DNA of 64,000 nt from an uncultured delta proteobacterium (GTDB taxonomy: Bacteria > Desulfobacterota > Binatia > UBA9968). Location: positions 384,001-448,000 of the forward strand of contig CAVYTU010000014.1 in assembly GCA_963771465.1 (NCBI GenBank), given 5' to 3'. The notes under the pieces are model-generated. The model searched no databases. It was not told the DNA's origin and was given only the letters and a program-made list of their open reading frames with translations. Both the position numbers and the translations under genes were made by a program. Shown here one piece after another: positions 1-9,341 of this stretch. Position 1 is the first letter of the stretch; every line of letters starts with the position of its first letter.

Positions 1-783
1 GATCAACAGCGTCGGAATTTGAATTTGCTTGAGCCATGGCTTGCTGCTCGCTCTTGTCCAGTAGTCATCGGCATCTTTGAAACCGTGCATGGGCGCGGTG
101 TAGAGGTCGTCGAACTGCCGGAAGGTCGAGCAATCGCGCATCGCTGCAGGATCGATGTCGAGGCCATGCTGAGAAATTTTAGCCAGCATTTTCTCCCTCA
201 GCGAGCGGAGAAAGCGTCGGGTGTAGATCGCTCTGCAATGGCCGAAATCCAACACGCTCGCCGCGGCGGGCAAATCCACTGGCGCCGAAACTGCGACCGC
301 GCGGTAAATGACCGCGTCCGCGCCGCTGCCGGCCTCGCCGAGCCATTTCAAGAACATGTTGCCGCCGAGTGAGACAGCGACCACGCAGATATCGCTTTTA
401 GAAAACTCATTTTTCAGCCGGCGCAAAATCCAGTCGATCTCTGCTGAATCCCCGGAATGATAGGCCCGCGGCAGTCGATTCAATTCGCCGCCGCAACCGC
501 GAAAGTGCGGCACCACGCCGCGCCAGCCTAGCTGCTGCGCCATGGACATCAAGCTCAACGCGTAATGGCTGCGCGAGCAGCCTTCGAGGCCGTGAAACAC
601 AACGAGCAACTTGTTATCCGTGGCGGCCGCTTCCGTCCAATCCAGATCGATGAAATCGCCGTCCGGCGTCTCCCAGCGCGCGCGGCGGTAGTTCACCTGG
701 TAATTTCTCGCCAGCGAGCGCGCGTAGATGGTTTGCAAATGTCCCCCCGGCAACCACCAGGGCGGCGCATAAGTAGAATTCAC
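1..783 (-). CDS. YheT-family alpha/beta hydrolase (3' end runs off the window)
   Basis: Missed by the ORF track. Manual translation from GTG at 783 gives MNSTYAPPWWLPGGHLQTIYAR...WETPDGDFIDLDW...HGLEG...AVSLGGN (nucleophile elbow)...FDDLYTAPMHGFKDADDYW...IPTLLI. Confidence 0.88.
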   Translation of the reverse strand, partial: MNSTYAPPWWLPGGHLQTIYARSLARNYQVNYRRARWETPDGDFIDLDWTEAAATDNKLLVVFHGLEGCSRSHYALSLMSMAQQLGWRGVVPHFRGCGGELNRLPRAYHSGDSAEIDWILRRLKNEFSKSDICVVAVSLGGNMFLKWLGEAGSGADAVIYRAVAVSAPVDLPAAASVLDFGHCRAIYTRRFLRSLREKMLAKISQHGLDIDPAAMRDCSTFRQFDDLYTAPMHGFKDADDYWTRASSKPWLKQIQIPTLLI

Positions 784-830
784 TAACAAGCCGACCTTGT
801 GCTCACTGGTTTGGTTATTCATCCGAGCGA

Positions 831-863
831 TTGAACTTTTTGAACGAATTGAACGATTTGAAC
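831..863. repeat. 9-nt-period TTGAAC tandem array
   Basis: TTGAAC at 831, 840, 849 and 858, just past the putA stop. Confidence 0.85.
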
Positions 864-866
864 GGG

Positions 867-3797
867 CTACTTTTTTCCTCGCTCCGGCGGCGCAAAGCCG
901 TGGCGCAGCGTGTTTTCGGAAATTGTCCGCGGTTCGAGAAACTGCAAGAGATAATCCGGGCCACCGGCTTTTGAGCCGATGCCGGAGAGTTTCAGCCCGC
1001 CGAAAGGTTGGCGCTCGACGACGGCGCCGGTGATGCCACGGTTGATGTAAAGATTGCCGACTCGAAATTCCTGGCGCGCTTGTTCGATATGCGCCGGCGA
1101 CCGCGAGAAGATGCCGCCGGTCAACGCGAACTGAGAATCGTTGGCGATCTGCAAAGCCTGATCAAAATCTTTCGCCTTGAGCACCGACAGCACTGGACCA
1201 AAGATTTCTTCCTGGGCAATGCGGCAGCGCGAAGCAACATCGCAAAAAATCGCCGGCCCGACGAAAAAGCCTTCTTTAGGCGCGGTCATTTCAAGCACGC
1301 ACTTAGCTTCCTGCTTGCCGAGCTGAATATATTCGCCGATACGTTTCTGCGCCTCGGCATCAATCACCGGGCCGATTGCGTTGCGGGGATCTTCGGGTGG
1401 ACCGATCTTGAGACTGCTGACAGCGTCGACCAGCCGGCTGAGAAAACGATCATGGACGTCACTGAGTAGTATGACGCGCGAAGCCGCCGAGCATTTCTGC
1501 CCCTGATAGCCAAAGGCGGAATCGATAATATGCGCCACCGCTTCGTCCAGATCGGCGTCGTTGTCGACGATGACCGCGTTCTTGCCGCCCATCTCACAGA
1601 CCACGCGTTTGACATGCGCTTGTCCGGGACGATGCACGTACGCTTCGCGCAGAATTTCCAAACCCACTTCGCGCGAGCCGGTAAATGCAATGAGATGAAT
1701 CTTGGGCGAGCGCGCCAGATGGCCGCCGATTTCGCCGCCGCCTTGGAGCAACCGACACGCGTCGTCAGGCAAGCCCGCTTCATGGAGAATTTCGCGAAGC
1801 TGCACGCCCAGCAGCGGCGACTGCTCTGCCGGCTTCATCAACACGCAGTTGCCGGTAACCAATGCCGCTGCAGTCATGCCGGTAAGAATCGCCAGGGGAA
1901 AATTCCACGGCGCGATGACCGCGGCAACGCCGCGCGGCTGGTAAAAATAGGTATTGGTTTCGCTCGGCAGTTGTTGCGTCTCGCGCGGCTCGGCCAAGCG
2001 CAACATCTCGTGGCCATAGTAGTCGAGATAGTCGATCGCTTCGCAAACATCGGCGTCCGCCTCGCGCCAACCTTTGCCGACTTCGAAAACCTCTCTTGCG
2101 GCGAGATCCCAGCGCCGCTCGCGCATAATCTCGGCTGCTTGATAGAGAATCTGAGCGCGCTCTTGTGCCGGCGTGTCGCGCCATTCTGGAAAAAAGCGCG
2201 CCGCTTTATCGATCGCCTTTTCAGCGTCTTCGATGGTCACCGTTCGCACCCGGCCAATAACCTCATTGGGATCGGCGGGATTCACCGATTCGATCCACGA
2301 GCCGCTGCCAGGCTTGCGCGGTTTTCTGAATTCGCGACGAACTTCTGCAAGCGATTCAGCGAAGCGCACACGATTTTCCGCGCGCGAGAAATCGATCGGC
2401 GCTTGGTTACAAAATTCTCGCCGTGATTCGGCATGAGCGACAGGCTGCGTCGCTGCCTTTGCCAGCGCCGGCGCTTTGATCAAACTCTCAACGTCTTTCT
2501 TCTCCGCATAGGTCTGGCGCAAGAACGACGTGTTCGACGTGTTCTCCATCAAGCGGCGGATGAGATAGGAAATGCCCGGCAGCAACTCGCCCGCCGGCAG
2601 ATAGACGCGCACGCGCTGGCCGTTTTGAATAATCGCCTGGCGCACCGGCTCGGCCATGCCGTAGAGCATTTGCATCTCATAGCCGTTGATCGGCACGCCG
2701 ATTTCTTTGGCGGCGACGATGGCGTGGGCTAGGCTGCGCAGATTGTGACTGCCAAACGCGGAGTCGATCACGTCGTGGCTTTCGAGCAACATCCGGCTCA
2801 GCCGCTCATAGCTGGCATCGGTTTCGGCTTTGTCCAAGAAAACCGGGATCGGCCAATTCTTCTGCTTGGCCCAGGCAATTTCACTGTCCCAATACGCGCC
2901 CTTGACCAAGCGCACACCGACACGCCGGGTATGACGGCGCGCCCACCGTATCAATTCTTTCACGTCATTCTCGCTAGCGCGCAAATAGGCTTGCAGCGCG
3001 ATCGCCGCATAAGGCTGCTCGCGAAACTCGTCTTCTGACAACACGGCGCGAAAAATCGCCAGCGTCAATTCGCGAAACGCGTACTGCTCCATGTCGACGG
3101 TGACCGCGGCTTGCAATCGAGCCGCTTCGCGAAACAGCTCGCGCAAGCGCTCGCGCACGATGATTTCCGTACTCGGATCGAGCGCATCGAAACGAGCGCA
3201 CAGCGACGATAACTTTACCGAAAGATTGACCCGGGGAATTTTGCCGTGGGATGAAACGTCGATCTGGGCGCAATCCGGCCATTTCGCACTGGCAGCTGCC
3301 AGGCGGCGCAGCAGATCGAGATAACGGCGCTGCATCGCCGCCGCTTCCGCATCGCTCACCGTCGCTTCGCCGACCACGTCGAGCGTAAATCCGGCCGGCT
3401 CTTTTCTGAGACTGGACAGAACCGCGGTCAAATGCTCGCCGCTTTCCTCGGCGATAAAACGGCGCGCCAGTTTAATCACGTTGCGCCGCACCACCGGCGC
3501 TACCAGCGTCCCCGCGTGCAGCGCTTGCGCCAGGATCGCCAACCCGCTCAGCGCATGATCGACGCGCGAGAAGTATTCTTCCAAATGGCGGCCGATCTCC
3601 GCCGATGACTCCAGGCTCGGCAACACGTCGACGAAACGGAACAGCGCGACGCGCAGCGACTCATCGTCCAACGACCAGTCGATCATCCGGCCGAGCAAGT
3701 CTTGGGCGTCAAATAGCGCCGGCTTTTGCCGCGCCGCCTTGTGATACAAAGCCCGCGCCAACCGTTGGACTTCTTGCTCGGAGGTTACATTCGCCAT
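867..3797 (-). CDS. putA: Bifunctional proline dehydrogenase / P5C dehydrogenase
   Basis: LFRFVDVLP, VRLVKGAYWD and YLIRRLMENTSN (PRODH); EMGGKN, GQKCSA and EEIFGP (ALDH). Confidence 0.96.
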   Translation of the reverse strand: MANVTSEQEVQRLARALYHKAARQKPALFDAQDLLGRMIDWSLDDESLRVALFRFVDVLPSLESSAEIGRHLEEYFSRVDHALSGLAILAQALHAGTLVAPVVRRNVIKLARRFIAEESGEHLTAVLSSLRKEPAGFTLDVVGEATVSDAEAAAMQRRYLDLLRRLAAASAKWPDCAQIDVSSHGKIPRVNLSVKLSSLCARFDALDPSTEIIVRERLRELFREAARLQAAVTVDMEQYAFRELTLAIFRAVLSEDEFREQPYAAIALQAYLRASENDVKELIRWARRHTRRVGVRLVKGAYWDSEIAWAKQKNWPIPVFLDKAETDASYERLSRMLLESHDVIDSAFGSHNLRSLAHAIVAAKEIGVPINGYEMQMLYGMAEPVRQAIIQNGQRVRVYLPAGELLPGISYLIRRLMENTSNTSFLRQTYAEKKDVESLIKAPALAKAATQPVAHAESRREFCNQAPIDFSRAENRVRFAESLAEVRREFRKPRKPGSGSWIESVNPADPNEVIGRVRTVTIEDAEKAIDKAARFFPEWRDTPAQERAQILYQAAEIMRERRWDLAAREVFEVGKGWREADADVCEAIDYLDYYGHEMLRLAEPRETQQLPSETNTYFYQPRGVAAVIAPWNFPLAILTGMTAAALVTGNCVLMKPAEQSPLLGVQLREILHEAGLPDDACRLLQGGGEIGGHLARSPKIHLIAFTGSREVGLEILREAYVHRPGQAHVKRVVCEMGGKNAVIVDNDADLDEAVAHIIDSAFGYQGQKCSAASRVILLSDVHDRFLSRLVDAVSSLKIGPPEDPRNAIGPVIDAEAQKRIGEYIQLGKQEAKCVLEMTAPKEGFFVGPAIFCDVASRCRIAQEEIFGPVLSVLKAKDFDQALQIANDSQFALTGGIFSRSPAHIEQARQEFRVGNLYINRGITGAVVERQPFGGLKLSGIGSKAGGPDYLLQFLEPRTISENTLRHGFAPPERGKK

Positions 3798-3894
3798 CTA
3801 CTTCCCGTCCGGAACTTTAGCATAACGCCGCCGCACCGCGGCGGAAAAACCATTGTGAGCCGCGCGCGACCCTGGTACCTTCAACACTAGCTAG

Positions 3895-4136
3895 ACCGGA
3901 TTATTCACACTACGAGGGAAACTCACAACACTGTGTCGATCGAGGTGCAACCCTGGAGGAGCGAAGGCAGCAGCGCAAATGTTTCATCGTATTCTCGGCG
4001 CTCGGCACGATGCTTGAACTTCTCGCAGGTAATCTCAGAGATAACTTGCTCCGCTTGCGTCTTCAAGGCAAAGACGCTTTGCCTTCGCTCCGGAAGGGTT
4101 GCGCCTCGATCGCAGTTGAACCGCGAATAATCCGGG
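3895..4136. mobile_element. 242-bp MITE-like element with terminal inverted repeats, flanked by CTAG
   Basis: ACCGGATTATTC (3895-3906) and GAATAATCCGGG (4125-4136), flanked by CTAG at 3891-94 and 4137-40. Internal ~40-bp inverted repeat (3937-3975 / 4075-4112). No transposase. Confidence 0.7.
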
Positions 4137-4148
4137 CTAGGAAATTGC

Positions 4149-5840
4149 ATGAATCAAACCACCGATAAAATTACCGGCGCAGAAGCCGCAGTGGAAATGC
4201 TCAGGCTGCACGGCGTCGAAATTATTTTCGGCCTGTGCGGCGACACCAGTCTGCCGTTTTACGATGCGCTGGCGCGCTTGCCCCATGGCATGCGCCACAT
4301 ACTTGCGCGTGACGAACGCTCCGCGGCGTACATGGCGGACGGTTACGCGCGCGCGTCGGGCAAGGTCGGCGTCTGCGAAGGTCCGAGTGGCGGCGGCGTC
4401 ACCTACATCATTCCAGGCGTTGCCGAAGCCAACGAATCGTCGGTGCCGCTTCTCTGCATCAATTCCGATATCTCCGTCGCCGCGCGCGGGCGCTATACTT
4501 TGACTGAATTGAATGTCGGCGCGCTCATGAGCCCGCTGACGAAATGGCATAGCGTGCTCGATCGCAGCGAAGAGCTGCCGAATGCATTTCGCGCGGCATT
4601 CAGGCAAATCACCACCGGCCGTCCCGGCGCGGCCCATATTAGCTTGCCATTCGATGTGCAGAACGGCTCGGTTGCTCGATCGGATGTTTGGGGCGATCTG
4701 CAATACGCGCACTACCCAGCCGAACGAGCGTCGCCCGCCGCCGCTATCGTTGAGGGCGCCGCCCGTTTGCTACGGGAAGCGGCCAATCCGGTTTTCATCT
4801 GCGGCGGCGGCGTAGTGATTTCCGCGGCGCAGAAAGAATTGCTCGATATCGCCGAGCGGCTCTCGGCGCCGGTGGCGACGACCATCAGCGGCAAAGGGTC
4901 CATTGACGAACAACATCCCCTAGCCGTCGGCGTAGTCGGATCGAATGGCGGTACACTTGAAACACGCGCCATCGTCGACGAGGCCGACCTGATCGTTTTC
5001 GTCGGCTGCCGCGCCGGCTCGGTGACCACCGAACGTTGGCGCCATCCGCTAGCGGGTAAGTGCAAAATCATTCACATCGATGTCGACCCGAAAGTTCCCG
5101 GCACCAATTATCCGGCCGACGTGGCGCTGGTCGGCGACGCCAAGATCACCTTAAGCATGCTCAACGCAGCGCTTGCCGATGTGAAACGCTGCGTCAACGC
5201 GGCGCGAATTGAAACGGCGAAGGAACAGAAATTCGCAAAGTTCCAAGCGCTCGCCGAGTCCAACGAAACACCGATCAAACCCGAACGGGTCGTATCCGAA
5301 CTAAGCCGAGGGCTCGACGCCGACGCCATCGTGGTCGCGGACGCCGGCACCCCATGTCCGTATTTCTCCGCCTACTATCCGATACGCGGCAACGGCAGAA
5401 AATTTATTTCCAACCGCGCCCACGGCGCGCTTGGCTACTCAATGGCCGCCGCCATGGGCGCGCACTTCGCGCAACCGAATGTGAAATGCGTTGGGGTGAT
5501 GGGCGACGGCAGCTTCGGTTTTACCTGTGGCGAGCTCGAGACCGCGGCTCGTTACCGATTGCCGATCACTTTCCTAGTGATATCGAACGCGAGTTACGGT
5601 TGGATCAAAGCCGGCCAGCGCTCCGGCTACGGCCAGCGATACTTCGCGGTAGACTTCGCCGTCACCGACCACGCCGCCGTGGCCGCAGCATTCGGCGTCA
5701 AAAGCTGGCGCGTAACCGAACCGAATGAATTGGCTAAAGCACTGCAAGCAGCGCTTGGACACGGCGGACCGAGCCTCGTGGATATCGTCTGCCAGCCGCT
5801 GGAACAAGCCCAAGCGCCGGTTTCGGAATGGATCGCGTGA
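4149..5840 (+). CDS. ThDP-dependent enzyme, acetolactate-synthase-like superfamily (substrate unknown)
   Basis: RDERSA catalytic Glu, GDGS...N ThDP-binding motif, 563 aa. Confidence 0.88.
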   Translation: MNQTTDKITGAEAAVEMLRLHGVEIIFGLCGDTSLPFYDALARLPHGMRHILARDERSAAYMADGYARASGKVGVCEGPSGGGVTYIIPGVAEANESSVPLLCINSDISVAARGRYTLTELNVGALMSPLTKWHSVLDRSEELPNAFRAAFRQITTGRPGAAHISLPFDVQNGSVARSDVWGDLQYAHYPAERASPAAAIVEGAARLLREAANPVFICGGGVVISAAQKELLDIAERLSAPVATTISGKGSIDEQHPLAVGVVGSNGGTLETRAIVDEADLIVFVGCRAGSVTTERWRHPLAGKCKIIHIDVDPKVPGTNYPADVALVGDAKITLSMLNAALADVKRCVNAARIETAKEQKFAKFQALAESNETPIKPERVVSELSRGLDADAIVVADAGTPCPYFSAYYPIRGNGRKFISNRAHGALGYSMAAAMGAHFAQPNVKCVGVMGDGSFGFTCGELETAARYRLPITFLVISNASYGWIKAGQRSGYGQRYFAVDFAVTDHAAVAAAFGVKSWRVTEPNELAKALQAALGHGGPSLVDIVCQPLEQAQAPVSEWIA

Positions 5841-5926
5841 AAGCAGGCAATAGGCATTAGGCAACTGGCAATAGTTGATAATTTCTTTCTGACTATTGCC
5901 TAATGCCTGTTGCCTATTGCCTGCTT
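5841..5926. repeat. Inverted array of 7-nt GGCAATA-type units between convergent genes (possible bidirectional terminator)
   Basis: AAGCAGGCAATAGGCATTAGGCAACTGGCAATAG ... CTATTGCCTAATGCCTGTTGCCTATTGCCTGCTT. Confidence 0.8.
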
Positions 5927-6393
5927 CAGTTTTTCAACCGCACTTTCGTGCCAAGATTCGCGCAGTCCTCGTCCGTCATCAGTCCAGCGGCGCGGATGCC
6001 GTGGGCGGCAAGTTCCTCATCGCGTTCCTGGGTGTCGCCGGTGACGCCAACGGCGCCGATCACATCGCCGTTATTATTGCGGATCAGCATGCCGCCGCCT
6101 TCGGGAAATATCTGATCGTCCGAGGCGCGGATTAAATACTGCATGAACAGCGGCCGCTCTTCGGTGCGCATGCGCACCAGCGATGAGGAACGGCCGAGAG
6201 CGAGCGCCGCATACGCTTTGCCGTAGGCCATCTCAAAGCGCATCATCGCCGAATCGTCTTCTTTCTGAAAAGCTTTCACCTTGGCGCCGGGCTCGACGAC
6301 GATGACGCTCATTGGCCGACAGGCTAGCTCACGGCCGCGGGTGAAAACCGCCGTTATGATGCAATTGGCTTGCTCCAGAGTGATCATGCTCAT
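5926..6393 (-). CDS. GlcG/HbpS-family heme-binding protein
   Basis: ITLEQA...AYGKAYAA...GGMLI...IGAVGVTGD...DEELA pattern. Confidence 0.85.
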   Translation of the reverse strand: MSMITLEQANCIITAVFTRGRELACRPMSVIVVEPGAKVKAFQKEDDSAMMRFEMAYGKAYAALALGRSSSLVRMRTEERPLFMQYLIRASDDQIFPEGGGMLIRNNNGDVIGAVGVTGDTQERDEELAAHGIRAAGLMTDEDCANLGTKVRLKN

Positions 6394-6492
6394 GATGCCT
6401 TCTCAGGCGCCAAGATTGTTGGCTCTCCGAGTCTATGGTGAAAGCTATTCTCCGTTCATCCTTCGAGAGCCCTGACAAAGAGTTGCGGTGAT

Positions 6493-7446
6493 CTACTTTT
6501 TCTCAGAAAAGTAAAAGACCTCCAGCAGTCGTTGGCGCATCGCCAACTCCCCTCCCGGTAGGGTCTCGAATTTTGTCGTTTCACCGGTTCTTTGCAATAT
6601 CGACCGGCCCTCGGCGTCCTGATGCATTGACAGCAGGATCTTTTCAAGGCGGGTAACCAACGTCGGCGCCAAATCCCTTCGGACGGAGACAACATGGCGT
6701 GGCAGGCTGTCCGTCTCCGCCAAGATGGTTAAGTCCGACTTTTTTCTCTCGTCAAGCGTGGCATGGTCGTCGTTACTAAAGGCTCCGGCGGCCACCTGTT
6801 TTGTTAACACCCAGTCGACCAGCTTGTCCTGTGAATAGGCAAAAATGTAACCGATTTCCCCCGCGGCAACGTTAGCTCCGACTTGGCTCTTTTGTGAAAG
6901 CTTGAATCCCCGCCTCGAAAGGAAGAACTTCGGGAGAAAATAGCCTGAAGTCGATCCGGGATCTTCAAAGGCGATGAGCTTTCCCCGCAGGTCTTCCAGG
7001 CGCTTTGTTTCGCCGTTTCTTGTCGTGAAAATCAGGGCGTGGTAGTCGGCCATGCCTCCCTTCCAACGTCTGAGGAGCAGTTTTCCGGCTCCATATACGC
7101 TGTTGATCAAATAGGTCGGATAGGGACTCTCCATGTAAAAGTCGGCCTTCCTCTCGGTAAGAAGGCGGGCGAGCCGAGCATCGGTCGGAGCCATCGCGAT
7201 CTTTCCCTCGATCGCCGACATAGAGGATAGCTTTGTTGCCACGTAGCGGACAAATTCGCGAAAATGTTCCTCGATCTCTTTCTGATTTTTTGCCGCGACG
7301 ATTCCTAAAGTGATCGTCTTTATTTCCACTCCGCCGCGCGTCTGTCCCATCGCTTGGGATCCCAGAAGGATGTCAAAAAGGAGAATCGCAATCGTAGAAA
7401 CGAAGGCGAGCCTGCGCGTCTGTTTAGTCACAAACATTAGCGTCAC
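6493..7446 (-). CDS. PhnD-type (phosphate/phosphite/phosphonate) solute-binding protein, orphan
   Basis: Signal-like N-terminus; LEDLRGKLIAFEDPGSTSGYFLP. Confidence 0.82.
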   Translation of the reverse strand: MTLMFVTKQTRRLAFVSTIAILLFDILLGSQAMGQTRGGVEIKTITLGIVAAKNQKEIEEHFREFVRYVATKLSSMSAIEGKIAMAPTDARLARLLTERKADFYMESPYPTYLINSVYGAGKLLLRRWKGGMADYHALIFTTRNGETKRLEDLRGKLIAFEDPGSTSGYFLPKFFLSRRGFKLSQKSQVGANVAAGEIGYIFAYSQDKLVDWVLTKQVAAGAFSNDDHATLDERKKSDLTILAETDSLPRHVVSVRRDLAPTLVTRLEKILLSMHQDAEGRSILQRTGETTKFETLPGGELAMRQRLLEVFYFSEKK

Positions 7447-7592
7447 AGCGAACCGCTCGTATGGCGAAGGTATTATATGAACGACGCGATCTTGGCAAGA
7501 AAAAACAGGGCAAGCGAGTTCGGAGATTTTTTAACAAACACTGATGACTCCGCGCCCTCGGCGCCTCTGCGGCGTAGGTTGTGACGATCGCC

Positions 7593-8447
7593 CTAGCGGA
7601 ACAGCACCACTGCCAACTCTGAGCGATACTTGTCGGTGAGCGGATGCTCTGAGCCGAGCACTTCGAAGATTTGCACCATCGCTTTGCGCGCGCCGTCGTC
7701 TTTGAACGTGCGGTCGGCTTTGACGATGGCGAGAAACTCGATTAGCGCCGCTTCGTAGTTTTCCACGGCGGCGAGCGACTGCGCCAAGTCAAAACGCGCT
7801 TCCAGATCAGACGGATTGGCGGCGATCTTTTCCCGCAGCGCCGCCTCGTTCTGCGCACCGCTAGACTGGAGATCAAGGCGCGCCAGCAAGCGGTCCGCTT
7901 CCTTACGTTCATCAGCGACGATTGAGATCTGATCGAGATAGTTCCGCGCCGCGTCGTTGTCACCCGCGCTCATCGCCAACCGGCTCAAACCGAGGAGCGC
8001 TTGGGCGTGATCCGGATCGCCCGCCAAGATCGCTTGATAAGCCGCCTTGGCGTCGTCGGCTTTTCCTTCCGCTTCAAGCTCGGCGGCCGCTTGAGCTGCC
8101 TTATCGGCCGCGCTTGGCAGGAACTTAGCGAGAAACTCGCGCAGCATCGGTTCCGGCAAGGCGCCGGTAAACTCCGACGCCAGGTCGCCGTCGCGAAACA
8201 GCTTTACCGCGGGAATACCCTGAATGCCAAAAGCCCCGGCGAGCTGCTGATTTTCATCGACGTTGACCTTGGCGAGAATAAATTGACCGCCGTACTCATC
8301 GGCCAATTTTTCCAGCACCGGCCCGAGCACTTTACACGGGCCGCACCACTCCGCCCAAAAATCCACCAGCACCGGCACTTCCATCGAACGCGCCAGCACC
8401 GCCGATTCAAAATTTTCCTCGTTAACGTCGATCATCCACTGATTCAT
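7593..8447 (-). CDS. cnoX: Thioredoxin-TPR chaperedoxin (CnoX/YbbN)
   Basis: [11 protein letters not shown] region, C-terminal [16 protein letters not shown]...[10 protein letters not shown]. Confidence 0.9.
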   Translation of the reverse strand: MNQWMIDVNEENFESAVLARSMEVPVLVDFWAEWCGPCKVLGPVLEKLADEYGGQFILAKVNVDENQQLAGAFGIQGIPAVKLFRDGDLASEFTGALPEPMLREFLAKFLPSAADKAAQAAAELEAEGKADDAKAAYQAILAGDPDHAQALLGLSRLAMSAGDNDAARNYLDQISIVADERKEADRLLARLDLQSSGAQNEAALREKIAANPSDLEARFDLAQSLAAVENYEAALIEFLAIVKADRTFKDDGARKAMVQIFEVLGSEHPLTDKYRSELAVVLFR

Positions 8448-8472
8448 ATGTCCGCCACCTGTCCGATATCGT

Positions 8473-8506
8473 TTGAACTATTTGAACGGCTGGAACGTTT
8501 GGGAGC
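8473..8506. repeat. 9-nt-period TTGAAC array
   Basis: TTGAAC at 8473 and 8482, TGGAAC at 8491, degenerate unit at 8500. Confidence 0.75.
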
Positions 8507-8509
8507 CGA

Positions 8510-8776
8510 TTATTTGGCGATAATCGTCTTGGCGAGATTACGCACTTTCGCCGCCGCCGGCCGCATCGCGTATACCGTCGCTTCGGTGATCTCGTCCTCC
8601 GACGCGCCGCATTCACGGGCTTTTTTCAAATGCAGCATGGCGCCTTCTTCGTGGCCGATCGAGATACAGACCGCAAAGAAAATGAGCTGCGCCGTCTTCG
8701 GATCGAGCGAACCTTCTTTATACTTCACATTGAAAAATTCTTTATCGGTCGTCATCGATACATCCCTCGGTTTCAT
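8510..8776 (-). CDS. Carboxymuconolactone decarboxylase/AhpD-like protein
   Basis: GSLDPKTAQLIFFAV...HLKKARECGASEDEITEA matches the CMD fold; no CxxC. Confidence 0.8.
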   Translation of the reverse strand: MKPRDVSMTTDKEFFNVKYKEGSLDPKTAQLIFFAVCISIGHEEGAMLHLKKARECGASEDEITEATVYAMRPAAAKVRNLAKTIIAK

Positions 8777-8782
8777 AGTCGA

Positions 8783-9274
8783 CTATTGGTTGAACGAGCC
8801 GGGATCGAAGGCGGCGCCGTTGAGTGTGTATTCGCTCTTAACTTCGGTCGGCCGGCGGATGGTTTGGATCACGTAGCAGCCTGCTTCGGCGTTGCGCACG
8901 ACCTTGGCAATTTTTTCCGGCGCTTCCTTCGAAGTGATCTCGCAGCGCGTCTCGACGCCTAAGCCCTCCGCTTGCACCGTTTCGCGCAGCACCGAGCCTT
9001 CGTTCTTGAAACGCGCCGCAACGTAAACCTTGGCGTGGTCGATATGAGTTTTGAGCATTTCGCCGTACCGGGAAATCTGCGTCAGCAGTCAAAACCCCAC
9101 AGACAAGCCGAAATAAGCCAACGGCGGCGGTGCGGTATTATCGCCGCCGATTCGTTCGCCTTCATCGCAATAGACGGTGAAACCGCGCGCATGCCCTTCC
9201 TTGCGCATGCGTTCCAAGGTCTCGGCATCGGCCTCGAGAACGATCTCGCGTTTCACTTGCATGTCATCGGCCAT
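8783..9274 (-). CDS. OsmC-like (seleno)protein, 163 aa, Sec at residue 62 (UGA 9091-9089)
   Basis: ORFs 9089-9274 and 8783-9058 are in frame across one TGA: DEGERIGGDNTAPPPLAYFGLSVGF-U-LLTQISRYGEMLK...AEAGCYV. The UGA occupies the first catalytic Cys position of OsmC/Ohr proteins. Confidence 0.85.
9052..9084 (-). promoter_or_regulatory. Candidate bacterial SECIS hairpin
   Basis: TGA-C-GCA-GA-TTTC-CCG [GTA] CGG-C-GAAA-TGC-TCA; the G-initiated apical loop starts 21 nt after the UGA. Confidence 0.65.
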
Positions 9275-9341
9275 AGAGTGTCCTCCCGAGTAAAACTCTT
9301 AGTTTTCATAGCCGAGCCGGCGCCGATTGGCAATGCAGCGG

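Noticed and set aside
831-863. CRISPR array
   Set aside because: 9-nt period, no spacers, no cas genes.
3930-4118. 6S RNA or TPP riboswitch
   Set aside because: The size suits 6S, but there is no symmetric central bubble or usual gene context. CTGAGA occurs only antisense, without the downstream TPP core. The terminal repeats favour a MITE; cmscan would settle it.
3923-4150. 75-aa and 65-aa ORFs in the putA / ThDP-enzyme gap
   Set aside because: They lie in a fold-back element with terminal repeats and have no SD or recognisable motif.
4149-5840. Assignment as ilvB or glyoxylate carboligase
   Set aside because: The motifs FGLCGDTSLP and EGPSGGG differ from those enzymes, and no ilvN/ilvH is adjacent.
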